Assembly (NCBI GenBank): GCA_000205985.2 | Contig: GG730003.1 | Coordinates: forward strand, 39 to 64,038 | Direction of reading: 5' to 3' | Source of the DNA: an uncultured Candidatus Thioglobus sp. | Lineage (GTDB): Bacteria; Pseudomonadota; Gammaproteobacteria; PS1; Pseudothioglobaceae | DNA length: 64,000 bases | Shown here: one piece after another, positions 31,484 to 39,385 of the stretch | How positions within the stretch are numbered: the first letter of the stretch is position 1 | Layout: every line of letters starts with the position of its first letter | Program-made: the position numbers and the translations under genes | The notes under the pieces: model-generated | What the model was told of the DNA's origin: nothing | Databases searched by the model: none | What the model saw: only the letters and a program-made list of their open reading frames with translations

Positions 31484-31882
31484 CTAGTTAAGTGACTCGA
31501 CTCCAATTTTATTTGCCGCCACAATTAACTTCTTATCCATTGTTAATAATTGTGCATTGTTACGCCTTGCTAGCACCAAAAATAGCGCATCATAAACAGG
31601 GTGATTTAATTCACACCCCAGCTTAAATGCCTCAAGATAAAGCTCATGCTCATTTATATATTCATCTGGCAAAGCAATTGCCTGCTCAATCATTTTTTCA
31701 CAATGCGCATACGGGTAGTCTGCTAACTTTTGATATTTCCAAAAAACATTGGCGGCTTCTGCTATCAACAAAGTTGGTGCAAGCACCAAATCTGCCTGCA
31801 TAATTATCTGTGAAAATTTAGCAGAAGATTTGCGCTGTAAAACTATCTCTACTGCCGCACTAGTATCTAAAACAGCAATCAT
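31484..31882 (-). CDS. vapC: Type II toxin VapC (PIN domain), pair 2
   Basis: 132 aa with the MIAVLDTSA PIN motif and conserved downstream acidic residues. 4-nt overlap with its antitoxin. Confidence 0.8.
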   Translation of the reverse strand: MIAVLDTSAAVEIVLQRKSSAKFSQIIMQADLVLAPTLLIAEAANVFWKYQKLADYPYAHCEKMIEQAIALPDEYINEHELYLEAFKLGCELNHPVYDALFLVLARRNNAQLLTMDKKLIVAANKIGVESLN

Positions 31883-32124
31883 CTTTCTCTATCTTCTCGA
31901 ATCAGTACTTCTGGATCACTCAATATCGTACTATCAAGTACAGACTCTTGAGCAATTTGTTGTAGCAACTGTGCACGGCGCTCTTTTGGAGAACTGGAAA
32001 CGCCTAAACCTTTAGCTAAAACGGCAACTGCCTGCTGAGCCAGACTACGGTGATCTTGATCTGCTTGCTTTTTCAACTGATAGTAGATATTTTCTGGCAA
32101 CTCCCTCACTTGTAGTGATGACAT
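31879..32124 (-). CDS. Ribbon-helix-helix (FitA/VapB-like) antitoxin, pair 2
   Basis: 81 aa. L.VRELPE.IY..LK..A...HRSL..QA...L is an RHH/Arc-type N-terminus. Confidence 0.75.
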   Translation of the reverse strand: MSSLQVRELPENIYYQLKKQADQDHRSLAQQAVAVLAKGLGVSSSPKERRAQLLQQIAQESVLDSTILSDPEVLIREDRER

Positions 32125-32187
32125 AATACAACTCTGTTAATAATATAAAATCATTATAATGCATTATTCATTAAAATGCATCATGTT

Positions 32188-32203
32188 TGTGAATTTATTC
32201 ACA
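32188..32203. promoter_or_regulatory. Perfect palindrome TGTGAAT-TT-ATTCACA upstream of the pair-2 antitoxin (candidate operator)
   Basis: 7-bp arms, located 64-79 nt upstream of the start codon at 32124. Confidence 0.3.
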
Positions 32204-32204
32204 A

Positions 32205-32378
32205 TTTGACAAAAAAGGCTTTAGTTTTATTGAGCAAGAAAGTGGTGACGATGTATTCGTTCACTTCCGTGCTATTCAAGGTGACGGTTACAAATCACTA
32301 GAAGAAGGTCAAGAAGTAGAGTTCGATTTAGAAGATGGTGCTAAAGGTCCACAAGCGGCTAACGTACATCCTCAGTAG
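32205..32378 (+). pseudogene. 5'-truncated cspA fragment (right copy of the direct repeat)
   Basis: Encodes ...[50 protein letters not shown]. It lacks the first ~10 codons, RBS and promoter, and has a 2-3 nt gap near the junction. Confidence 0.85.
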
Positions 32379-32396
32379 TTCTTAAAAAAATTACTT

Positions 32397-32435
32397 AAAA
32401 AAACCCAGCTTTCGCTGGGTTTTTATTGTCTAAAA
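32397..32435 (+). terminator. Duplicated cspA terminator plus att-like core (right end of the direct repeat)
   Basis: CCCAGC-tttc-GCTGGG, T5, then ATTGTCTAAAA. Confidence 0.75.
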
Positions 32436-32455
32436 TATGTAAATAACTACAATAT

Positions 32456-33115
32456 TTAGAAATTATACCCAACAGATAATGACAAACCATCAATGTCGGC
32501 ACCATCAACTTCAGACTTCATAAATTCTGCATTAATTGCGGCATCCTCTGTTACTGCATATGAAGTCCCTATACCATAATACACATCACTACCGTCATCT
32601 TTTGCAAAAACCCCACCAATTGAGTATGCCGTTCCATCATAGGTAAAAGTATTATTGCCAGTAACTGAATACTCAAGATCCCAAAATAACATTCCTAACT
32701 TTCCATAAACATCAAATTTGTCATTAATAGGCGATGAATATTTCAATCCAAGTGTGTAGCTTGTGTCTGTTTCGGCTTTAACACTTCCGTCTGCTGAATA
32801 TGAATACGCTTTACCAAGATAAGTGCCAGAGCCAGAGCCAGAGCCAGTGTAACTAACTGAAACCTCACCACTGCTGATAACACCACCCTCAACTGCTAAA
32901 TTTTCATCAACTTGATAACCTACAGTAAAAGATGCAACAGTATCTTCATCATCAACCGTAACACCAGCTACTGATGTTATATCGCTATTCAAGTCAGCTT
33001 TTACATTCCAAGCTCCTGCTGTAACATAGGTTCCACCCACTTCAGTTGCTGTCGCAGTCATCGAAGCAGTTGCTACAAATAATGCTGCTAAAGCTGTATT
33101 TAATTTATTTTTCAT
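32456..33115 (-). CDS. Small outer-membrane beta-barrel protein (OmpA-TM/OmpW/opacity-like)
   Basis: Signal peptide (..MTATA), alternating amphipathic beta-strands, a (GS)n loop, and a C-terminal VGYNF aromatic terminus. Confidence 0.75.
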   Translation of the reverse strand: MKNKLNTALAALFVATASMTATATEVGGTYVTAGAWNVKADLNSDITSVAGVTVDDEDTVASFTVGYQVDENLAVEGGVISSGEVSVSYTGSGSGSGTYLGKAYSYSADGSVKAETDTSYTLGLKYSSPINDKFDVYGKLGMLFWDLEYSVTGNNTFTYDGTAYSIGGVFAKDDGSDVYYGIGTSYAVTEDAAINAEFMKSEVDGADIDGLSLSVGYNF

Positions 33116-33212
33116 ATTTATTCCTTAAAGTTATAAAAGATTTGAGAACATGCGCCTTGTTCTCAAATCAGATTTATTCTAATACACACCTAAAAAAAAA
33201 AGGAAATATCAT

Positions 33213-33481
33213 ATGTTAATTTTAGAAAATAAATTCATTCAAAAGAACATCTTGCTCTTAGAGAATTCTGGATTAGTAGAAGAAAAGAACTTGGATTGTC
33301 ACAAGCAGCGCTTGCTGAAAAAATTACGGTTGTGCAATCATTAATTGCCAAAATCGAAACAGGCGATAGACGACTAGATATTATTGAAATGATTGACTAT
33401 ACTCAAGCCTTAGAAGTTGATCCACACGAAGTTATCGATTTAATCATCAATCAAAAATCAAAAAATTGCATAAAAATTTAG
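33213..33481 (+). pseudogene. XRE-family helix-turn-helix gene, apparently frameshifted or N-terminally truncated
   Basis: The HTH (RKELGLSQAALAEKITVVQSLIAKIETGDRRL) is open only from 33233 and has no ATG. The only nearby ATG (33213) is in another frame. Confidence 0.5.
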
Positions 33482-33514
33482 GAAATTTTTTAAATGGGCT
33501 AAAAATCCTATAAA

Positions 33515-33547
33515 AAACTGCTGTTTTCAGCACTAAAACAGCAGTTT
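33515..33547. terminator. Strong 13-bp stem-loop (terminator-like) after the XRE fragment
   Basis: AAACTGCTGTTTT-cagcact-AAAACAGCAGTTT. Confidence 0.5.
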
Positions 33548-33617
33548 ATTGAATGAAAATGAGAAAATATTACTGAATTAAATAAAATTTCAGAAATAAT
33601 ACAAATGATATTATTTT

Positions 33618-33893
33618 ATGATATCATTAATAAAAATGAATAACAAACATAAGAAAACCCTAAAAAGGCTTTTAACCAAGCCTGTTTTGAGCAATATTAA
33701 GTTTGATGATGTGGATAAATTGCTGATTGCACTTGATTTAGAAAGAATAGAAGCAAGTGGGTCAAGAATTACCTATAAATTTGATGAGGATAATTTTATA
33801 ACACTGCACAAACCACATCCAAACAATGAAATTAAACGCTATGTTGTTAAAAAATTACAAATTTTACTATTTAATATAGGAGTGAAAAAATGA
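33618..33893 (+). CDS. hicA: HicA-family toxin
   Basis: KKTLKRL..KP....IKFDDVDKLLIALD.E..E.SGSRI........ITLHKPHP is the pattern of the long HicA subgroup. 4-nt overlap with the HicB gene. The start may be the internal ATG at 33636. Confidence 0.7.
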   Translation: MISLIKMNNKHKKTLKRLLTKPVLSNIKFDDVDKLLIALDLERIEASGSRITYKFDEDNFITLHKPHPNNEIKRYVVKKLQILLFNIGVKK

Positions 33894-34222
33894 ACTATAA
33901 AGGCTATGAAGCTTCCATTCATTTTGATGAAGAAGATAAAATTTTCTGGGGTGAAATTACTAACCTTGGCAGTAAGTCAATGATTTTATTTCACTCTGAA
34001 AATGCAAACGAACTAGAAAATGAATTTCACATTTCGGTTGATGCGTATATTGAAACTTGCGAAAAAACTGGATCTACTCCTAAAAAACCATTTAGTGGAA
34101 AAATGATGATTAGAACCACGCCCAGTATTCATGCAAAGGCTGTAGCCAGTGCTAAAACCCAAGGCATTAGTGTTAATAAATTAGTTGAACAGGCTATTGT
34201 TGAAAGGATAGAGGCGCACTAA
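33890..34222 (+). CDS. hicB: HicB-family antitoxin (RNase-H-like N-domain plus C-terminal RHH)
   Basis: YKGYEASIHFDEEDKIFWGEI is the HicB N-terminus, and the C-terminal ...IHAKAVASAKTQGISVNKLVEQAI is an RHH segment. Confidence 0.8.
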   Translation: MNYKGYEASIHFDEEDKIFWGEITNLGSKSMILFHSENANELENEFHISVDAYIETCEKTGSTPKKPFSGKMMIRTTPSIHAKAVASAKTQGISVNKLVEQAIVERIEAH

Positions 34223-34297
34223 GCAGCTTTTTCATATAAATCAATAATTGTGGACAATGCAGAATAATTACATCATTAACAACACTAGGAATTTGTC

Positions 34298-34432
34298 ATG
34301 AATGTTGATAAGCGTAAGAAAAATAAAGAAAAAGGTGAATTTATGAAAGCGATTGCCCAAGGTCTTACTGATATAAAGCAAGGCGATGTAGAACAATTAG
34401 AAGTTGTTAAAAAACAATTAGGAATGACTTAA
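34298..34432 (+). CDS. Small ORF (44 aa) resembling the C-terminal part of a ParD/RelB-type antitoxin; probably an orphan remnant
   Basis: MNVDKRKKNKEKGEFMKAIAQGLTDIKQGDVEQLEVVKKQLGMT. No partner toxin. Ends 2 nt before sbcB. Confidence 0.3.
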   Translation: MNVDKRKKNKEKGEFMKAIAQGLTDIKQGDVEQLEVVKKQLGMT

Positions 34433-34434
34433 TA

Positions 34435-35850
34435 GTGAAAACATTCTACTGGTACGACTACGAGACTTTTGGCATTAGCCCAAAAACAGATCGAATTTCA
34501 CAATTTGCAGGTATTCGCACGGATGAAAACCTCAATATTCTTGATGAACACATGTTTTATTGCAAGCCAACGCATGATTGCTTGCCTGCGCCAGAAGCTT
34601 GTGCAGTAACAGGCATTAGTCCGCAAGATTGCGAACAAAAAGGCGTGATTGAACATGAGTTTATCAAGAAAATAAACAGTGAATTCACCACGCCCAACAC
34701 TTGTATTGTTGGCTATAACTCGATTCGATTTGATGATGAATTTACCCGCTACACGTTATATCGCAACTTTATCGATCCGTATGCTTGGCATTGGAAAGAT
34801 GGCAACACGCGTTGGGATATTTTGGATGTGGTGCGCTTGTGCTATGCACTTAAAAAAGACAACAGCCTAAAATGGGTGCATAACGAAGAAGGTAAGCCTG
34901 TCTTTAAACTTGACCAACTGTCATTAGCTAACGGTATTGAGCATGCTAATGCACACGATGCTCTAGCCGATGTACGTGCTACTATTGGTATTGCCAAAAT
35001 TATCAAAGAAACACAGCCTCAACTGTTTGATTATGCTTTTAGTCTGCGCGAAAAGAAAACAGTCGAAGGTAAGATTAAACTGTTTGAGCCAATGTTGCAC
35101 ACCTCTGGCATGTACCCCGCTACGTTGTCTTGCACGCGATTAGCAGTCGCACTGGCTTATCACCCAGAATACAACGACCGAGCCATTGTGTTTAATCTTG
35201 ATCAAGATCCATCCATATTGCTAGAGTTAGATGTTGAAGAGCTAAAAACCCTGATGTTTACCAAGCAATCTGAACTCCCAGATGGGGTTAAACGCTTAGA
35301 AATCAAGGATTTAATTTTTAACAAAAGTCCAATGTTTGTGCCTAATGTTTATAAACTCGATCCTAAAGTTGTTGAACAATTACAAATCGACATGGATACC
35401 CGCATGCAGCGATTGGATTTTATTAAAGACAATCAATCGGCCATTAATAAAGTGGTACAAGACTTATACAGAAACGATAAAGAACGCGCCCCGACCGTGG
35501 ATGTGGATCAGGCACTCTATGATGGTTTTATGGACAACGCCGATAAACGCATTGGTGAACAAGTTCAAAGATTGTCTGTTGATGAGTTAAAAAAGTTTCA
35601 TCCAAAATTCAAAGATCAAAAACTATCAACACTGCTAATGCATTTTAAAGCCAGAAATTATCCTAATTCATTAACCGAAGATGAAGCGGAAGATTGGTTT
35701 GAAACAGTGCAAGGAAGGATTCAAGCGGGGGAAAATGGTTACACATCATTGGATGATTATTACCAAAGAATCACGTTAATGCAAAAACAACACCCAGAAA
35801 AAGAAACACTGTGGAAACAGCTAGAATCTTACGCTGAATCATTTTTATAA
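34435..35850 (+). CDS. sbcB: Exodeoxyribonuclease I
   Basis: 471 aa. The FYWYDYETFG DnaQ-like ExoI motif, GYNSIRFDDE and HDALADV, plus an SH3-like/helical C-terminal region. Confidence 0.93.
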   Translation: MKTFYWYDYETFGISPKTDRISQFAGIRTDENLNILDEHMFYCKPTHDCLPAPEACAVTGISPQDCEQKGVIEHEFIKKINSEFTTPNTCIVGYNSIRFDDEFTRYTLYRNFIDPYAWHWKDGNTRWDILDVVRLCYALKKDNSLKWVHNEEGKPVFKLDQLSLANGIEHANAHDALADVRATIGIAKIIKETQPQLFDYAFSLREKKTVEGKIKLFEPMLHTSGMYPATLSCTRLAVALAYHPEYNDRAIVFNLDQDPSILLELDVEELKTLMFTKQSELPDGVKRLEIKDLIFNKSPMFVPNVYKLDPKVVEQLQIDMDTRMQRLDFIKDNQSAINKVVQDLYRNDKERAPTVDVDQALYDGFMDNADKRIGEQVQRLSVDELKKFHPKFKDQKLSTLLMHFKARNYPNSLTEDEAEDWFETVQGRIQAGENGYTSLDDYYQRITLMQKQHPEKETLWKQLESYAESFL

Positions 35851-35921
35851 GGCACTTGTGCTATTAAGCTGAATTTAAGGTATAATCTTCGGCATTGAGG
35901 AAAACCAAGTAAAAGAGGAAA

Positions 35922-36554
35922 ATGAACGCCGAGACTCGTAGTGAAATGTTTGGAAGGTTGTTAAAAAACATACCCAATCCAACAACAGAATTAAATTATT
36001 CAACTCCATTTGAGCTACTAGTAGCCGTTACATTATCTGCTCAAGCAACGGATAAAAGTGTTAACAAAGCAACCGATAAACTGTTTCCAATTGCTAATAC
36101 GCCTGAAACCATTTTCGAATTAGGTGAGGACACGCTTAGAAACACTATTAAGACCATTGGTTTGTTCAATTCAAAAGCCAAGCACATTATTCAAGCCTGT
36201 AAAATTCTGATTGAAAAATATGACTCAGCTGTACCAGAAACTCGTAAAGAGCTAGAGGCACTACCGGGTGTTGGGCGCAAAACTGCAAACGTGGTACTTA
36301 ATACGGCTTTTGGTCATCCCACCATTGCGGTTGATACGCACATCTATCGTGTCGCTAATCGTACCGCGATTGCCAGTGGTAAGACGGTATTGGAAGTGGA
36401 GAAAAAACTCATTAAATTCATCCCTGATGAGTTTAGAGTACCTGCACATCATTTAATGATTTTGCACGGTCGCTACACTTGTAAGGCGCGCTCTCCGCTT
36501 TGTAACGAATGTGTATTGCTTGATCTTTGTGAATACGAAGAAAAAAACCTATAG
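35922..36554 (+). CDS. nth: Endonuclease III
   Basis: HhH-GPD motif (LPGVGRKTANVVL), catalytic K/D, and a C-terminal 4Fe-4S cluster (Cx6Cx2Cx5C). Confidence 0.95.
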   Translation: MNAETRSEMFGRLLKNIPNPTTELNYSTPFELLVAVTLSAQATDKSVNKATDKLFPIANTPETIFELGEDTLRNTIKTIGLFNSKAKHIIQACKILIEKYDSAVPETRKELEALPGVGRKTANVVLNTAFGHPTIAVDTHIYRVANRTAIASGKTVLEVEKKLIKFIPDEFRVPAHHLMILHGRYTCKARSPLCNECVLLDLCEYEEKNL

Positions 36555-36723
36555 CAGGAGTTTTTTGCACAATGATGCGTGATTATCAAAACACCATCTT
36601 TCATCAATTTGGAAACTTTTTAAAAAACACCCTTAGAGTTGCCAAAGGTGAATTTAAAAAAATTCCCAGCTTAATAAAATCTGCCACTCTGATAATCACG
36701 CATCATCATACAAAGACCTCCTA

Positions 36724-37164
36724 GTGTTCTACACTCAAGATAGAGCGCAGCAACGAAAATTTCTTGCCAATACTTGGCAAAAATTCCTAAAAAATCAAGT
36801 ATTAGATCCGCTGGAATCTCAACTAGCCAGTGTGATTGAGATACATCCAGAATACCACAAACTAATCAATAACGTAGAATCTGAGTATTTCCCCGAACAA
36901 GGTGAAGTCAACCCTTTTCTGCACATCAATCTACATTTATCATTAAGAGAGCAATTCTCAATTAGCCAACCACAAGGCATTAATGAGTACTATCAAAAAA
37001 TACTAGGTAAAGTTCAAGATCCACACGAGGCTGAACACCTGATGATGGATTGCATTGCGCAGATGATTTTCTCATCACAGAAAAACAACACGCCGATGGA
37101 TCATCAAGCGTATATTGGTTGTTTAAAATCTATTTCCAAGCGAGGCAAAACCTCCCGAACTTGA
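36724..37164 (+). CDS. DUF1841-family protein with a remodelled C-terminus
   Basis: F..DR.Q.R.F....W.K......L.PLE......I..HPEYH......NPFLH..LHL.L.EQ is the DUF1841 pattern. GTG start. The last ~18 aa differ from the relic copy downstream. Confidence 0.75.
   Translation: MFYTQDRAQQRKFLANTWQKFLKNQVLDPLESQLASVIEIHPEYHKLINNVESEYFPEQGEVNPFLHINLHLSLREQFSISQPQGINEYYQKILGKVQDPHEAEHLMMDCIAQMIFSSQKNNTPMDHQAYIGCLKSISKRGKTSRT
37044..37109 (+). repeat. 66-bp exact direct repeat, copy 1 (inside the DUF1841 gene)
   Basis: GATGGATTGCATTGCGCAGATGATTTTCTCATCACAGAAAAACAACACGCCGATGGATCATCAAGC is identical to 37234-37299. Confidence 0.95.
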
Positions 37165-37234
37165 TTAATTAAAAAATGATGTTAGTTTTGATAACGGCTT
37201 TTACTGGTTGTTGGCGTGAGGAATTGCCTCGTAG

Positions 37235-37336
37235 ATGGATTGCATTGCGCAGATGATTTTCTCATCACAGAAAAACAACACGCCGATGGATCATCAAGCT
37301 TACGTTCAGTGCTTAGAAGAACAATTTAAGCGCTAA
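37235..37336 (+). pseudogene. Relic duplicate of the DUF1841 3' end (33 codons, MDCIAQMIFSSQKNNTPMDHQAYVQCLEEQFKR*)
   Basis: Contains repeat copy 2 (37234-37299). An in-frame TAG lies immediately upstream. The tail is homologous to, but diverged from, the tail of the expressed copy. Confidence 0.75.
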
Positions 37337-37340
37337 ATCA

Positions 37341-38180
37341 ATGTCGATTGAAATTCACATTGAAAAACATCTGAACCAGAAGGTCGTCAACAAGCAATCC
37401 GTAGGTACTGGCTTATTTGAAGCGTACAAAGTTCAATTGAATAATGGTCAAAGTGTTTTTATCAAACACCAATCTGATAATAACCAACGGTTGGTCCATG
37501 AAGGTAAAGAGCTTATCTTACTAGGAAAAACTATCCACACGCCCAAGGTTCTGGGCAGTTGTAAACACTGCCTAATCCTTGAATGGATTGAAACTTCACA
37601 CAATCTAAATGTACAATCACAAATGGGTATTGAACTTGCCGAGCTTCATCAAAACACCTGTGATTATTTTGGCTTTGGTTTTGATAACAAAATTGGCCAA
37701 ACACCGCAGCTTAATGCCGTTGGTAAAAATATTACGGACTGGGGTGAGTTCTACTGGAAATACAGACTGCTTTTTCAAATTGAACTAGGCTTTAAGAACA
37801 ACTTACTCAAAAAAGACGAATACCAACGGTTACTTACAATAGAGAATGTTCTACCAAATCTATTAGAGAGTGACATTCAACCAGTATTATTACATGGAGA
37901 CTTATGGTCTGGCAATGTTTTAAGTGGGAAGAATAACCCTTATTTTATCGATACGGCTAGCTATTATGGGCATCGAGAAATCGATTTTGCATTAACGCTT
38001 ATGTTTGGCGGGTTTTCAAATGATTTTTACAACAGCTATAACGAATCTTTTCCACTTGATGACGGCTTTAATCAGAGAAAGCCGTTATACATGCTTTATC
38101 ATTATCTTAATCATCTGAATATTTTTGGCAGTGGCTATCATGCTAATGTCATGCACTGCGCGCAACAATTATTAAGTTAG
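37341..38180 (+). CDS. Fructosamine/ketosamine-3-kinase family protein
   Basis: 279 aa with the HGDLWSGN catalytic-loop motif and an IDTASYYGHRE.D motif. Confidence 0.85.
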   Translation: MSIEIHIEKHLNQKVVNKQSVGTGLFEAYKVQLNNGQSVFIKHQSDNNQRLVHEGKELILLGKTIHTPKVLGSCKHCLILEWIETSHNLNVQSQMGIELAELHQNTCDYFGFGFDNKIGQTPQLNAVGKNITDWGEFYWKYRLLFQIELGFKNNLLKKDEYQRLLTIENVLPNLLESDIQPVLLHGDLWSGNVLSGKNNPYFIDTASYYGHREIDFALTLMFGGFSNDFYNSYNESFPLDDGFNQRKPLYMLYHYLNHLNIFGSGYHANVMHCAQQLLS

Positions 38181-38797
38181 GCATTCCAGTTAACGAAGTT
38201 TTCCAATAATTGCAATCCATCGTGTTGTGATTTTTCAGGATGAAACTGCACAGCGAATAGGTTGTCCTTTGCAATCGCACAAGTAAAGTCAATACCGTAA
38301 TCGGTTGATCCAGCAATAACAGCATGGTCAGCCTCTTTCACGTAATAACTGTGTACGCTATAAAAACGCGAGTTATCTTTTATGTTATGCCACAACGGAT
38401 GATCTTGAGTTTGTTTGACGCTATTCCAGCCCATGTGTGGGATTTTTAAATCATTTTTAGGGAATCTAACCACATCACCAGAAACAATTGACAACCCTTT
38501 AGTGCCACCGTTTTCTTCACTGTGATCAAACAGCAATTGCAGTCCCAAGCAAATACCTAAAAAAGGTTTTTCATGCTCACAGCGTTTAATTATATCGACC
38601 AGATTATGCTCATTAAGTGCCTGCATGCAAGCACCCATTGCCCCCTGACCAGGAAATACAATGCGATCAGCACTATCAATTATCTTGGCATCATCCGTTA
38701 AAATTACACGATCATTAGGTGCAACATGCTCGAGCGCTTTTTGCACTGAACGTACGTTGCCCATGCCATAATTGACAATTGCAATGGTTTGACTCAT
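38177..38797 (-). CDS. hisH: Imidazole glycerol phosphate synthase, glutamine amidotransferase subunit HisH
   Basis: 206 aa with GMGN, GICLG.Q and FHPEKS. Confidence 0.93.
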   Translation of the reverse strand: MSQTIAIVNYGMGNVRSVQKALEHVAPNDRVILTDDAKIIDSADRIVFPGQGAMGACMQALNEHNLVDIIKRCEHEKPFLGICLGLQLLFDHSEENGGTKGLSIVSGDVVRFPKNDLKIPHMGWNSVKQTQDHPLWHNIKDNSRFYSVHSYYVKEADHAVIAGSTDYGIDFTCAIAKDNLFAVQFHPEKSQHDGLQLLENFVNWNA

Positions 38798-38803
38798 TGA
38801 TTC

Positions 38804-39385
38804 TTAAAGCGAACCCTTGGTGGATGGAATGACACCCGCTTGGCGCTCATCAGGCGTTATCGCCATACGTAGTGCCCTACCGAAAGCTTTAAAAACAGTT
38901 TCCGCTTGGTGATGCGCATTAACACCTTTAATGTTGTCAATGTGAAGAGTAATCAAAGCATGATTCACAAAGCCTTGAAAAAATTCAGAAATTAAATCAA
39001 CATCAAAAGTACCGATCATCGCACGAGTAAAACTCACGTTCAGCTCCAAACCAGGACGACCGGACAAGTCTAGCACTACACGAGATAGTGCCTCGTCTAA
39101 TGGCACGTACGAATACCCATAACGGGTAAATCCTTTTTTATCGCCCACTGCTTGATTAAAGGCCTGCCCTAAAGTAATGCCAATATCTTCAACACTGTGG
39201 TGATCATCAATTTGCGTATCGCCATCACATTTAATGGCGATGTCCATTAAACCGTGACGTGCTACCTGATCGAGCATGTGGTCTAAAAATGGCACACCGG
39301 TGTCGATGTTTGCCTGGCCAGTGCCGTACAAATTTAGCTCAACGCCAATGTCCGTTTCGTTGGTTTTTCTTGATACTTTTATCAT
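38804..39385 (-). CDS. hisB: Imidazoleglycerol-phosphate dehydratase HisB
   Basis: 193 aa with RKTNET, D.HH..ED and NAHH..E motifs. Confidence 0.93.
   Translation of the reverse strand: MIKVSRKTNETDIGVELNLYGTGQANIDTGVPFLDHMLDQVARHGLMDIAIKCDGDTQIDDHHSVEDIGITLGQAFNQAVGDKKGFTRYGYSYVPLDEALSRVVLDLSGRPGLELNVSFTRAMIGTFDVDLISEFFQGFVNHALITLHIDNIKGVNAHHQAETVFKAFGRALRMAITPDERQAGVIPSTKGSL

Noticed and set aside
28898-32435. Integron-like cassette array (attC sites) as an explanation for the three core repeats
   Set aside because: There is no intI gene. The middle copy lacks any hairpin partner. The core (..ATTGYCTAAAA) does not form paired R''/R' GTTRRRY-type sites, so cassette-like stacking is retained only as an analogy.
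32825-32848. Hexanucleotide tandem repeat (GCCAGA x3-4) in the OMP gene as a phase-variation switch
   Set aside because: The unit length is a multiple of three. Copy-number change would only lengthen a (GS)n loop and would not switch the frame on or off.
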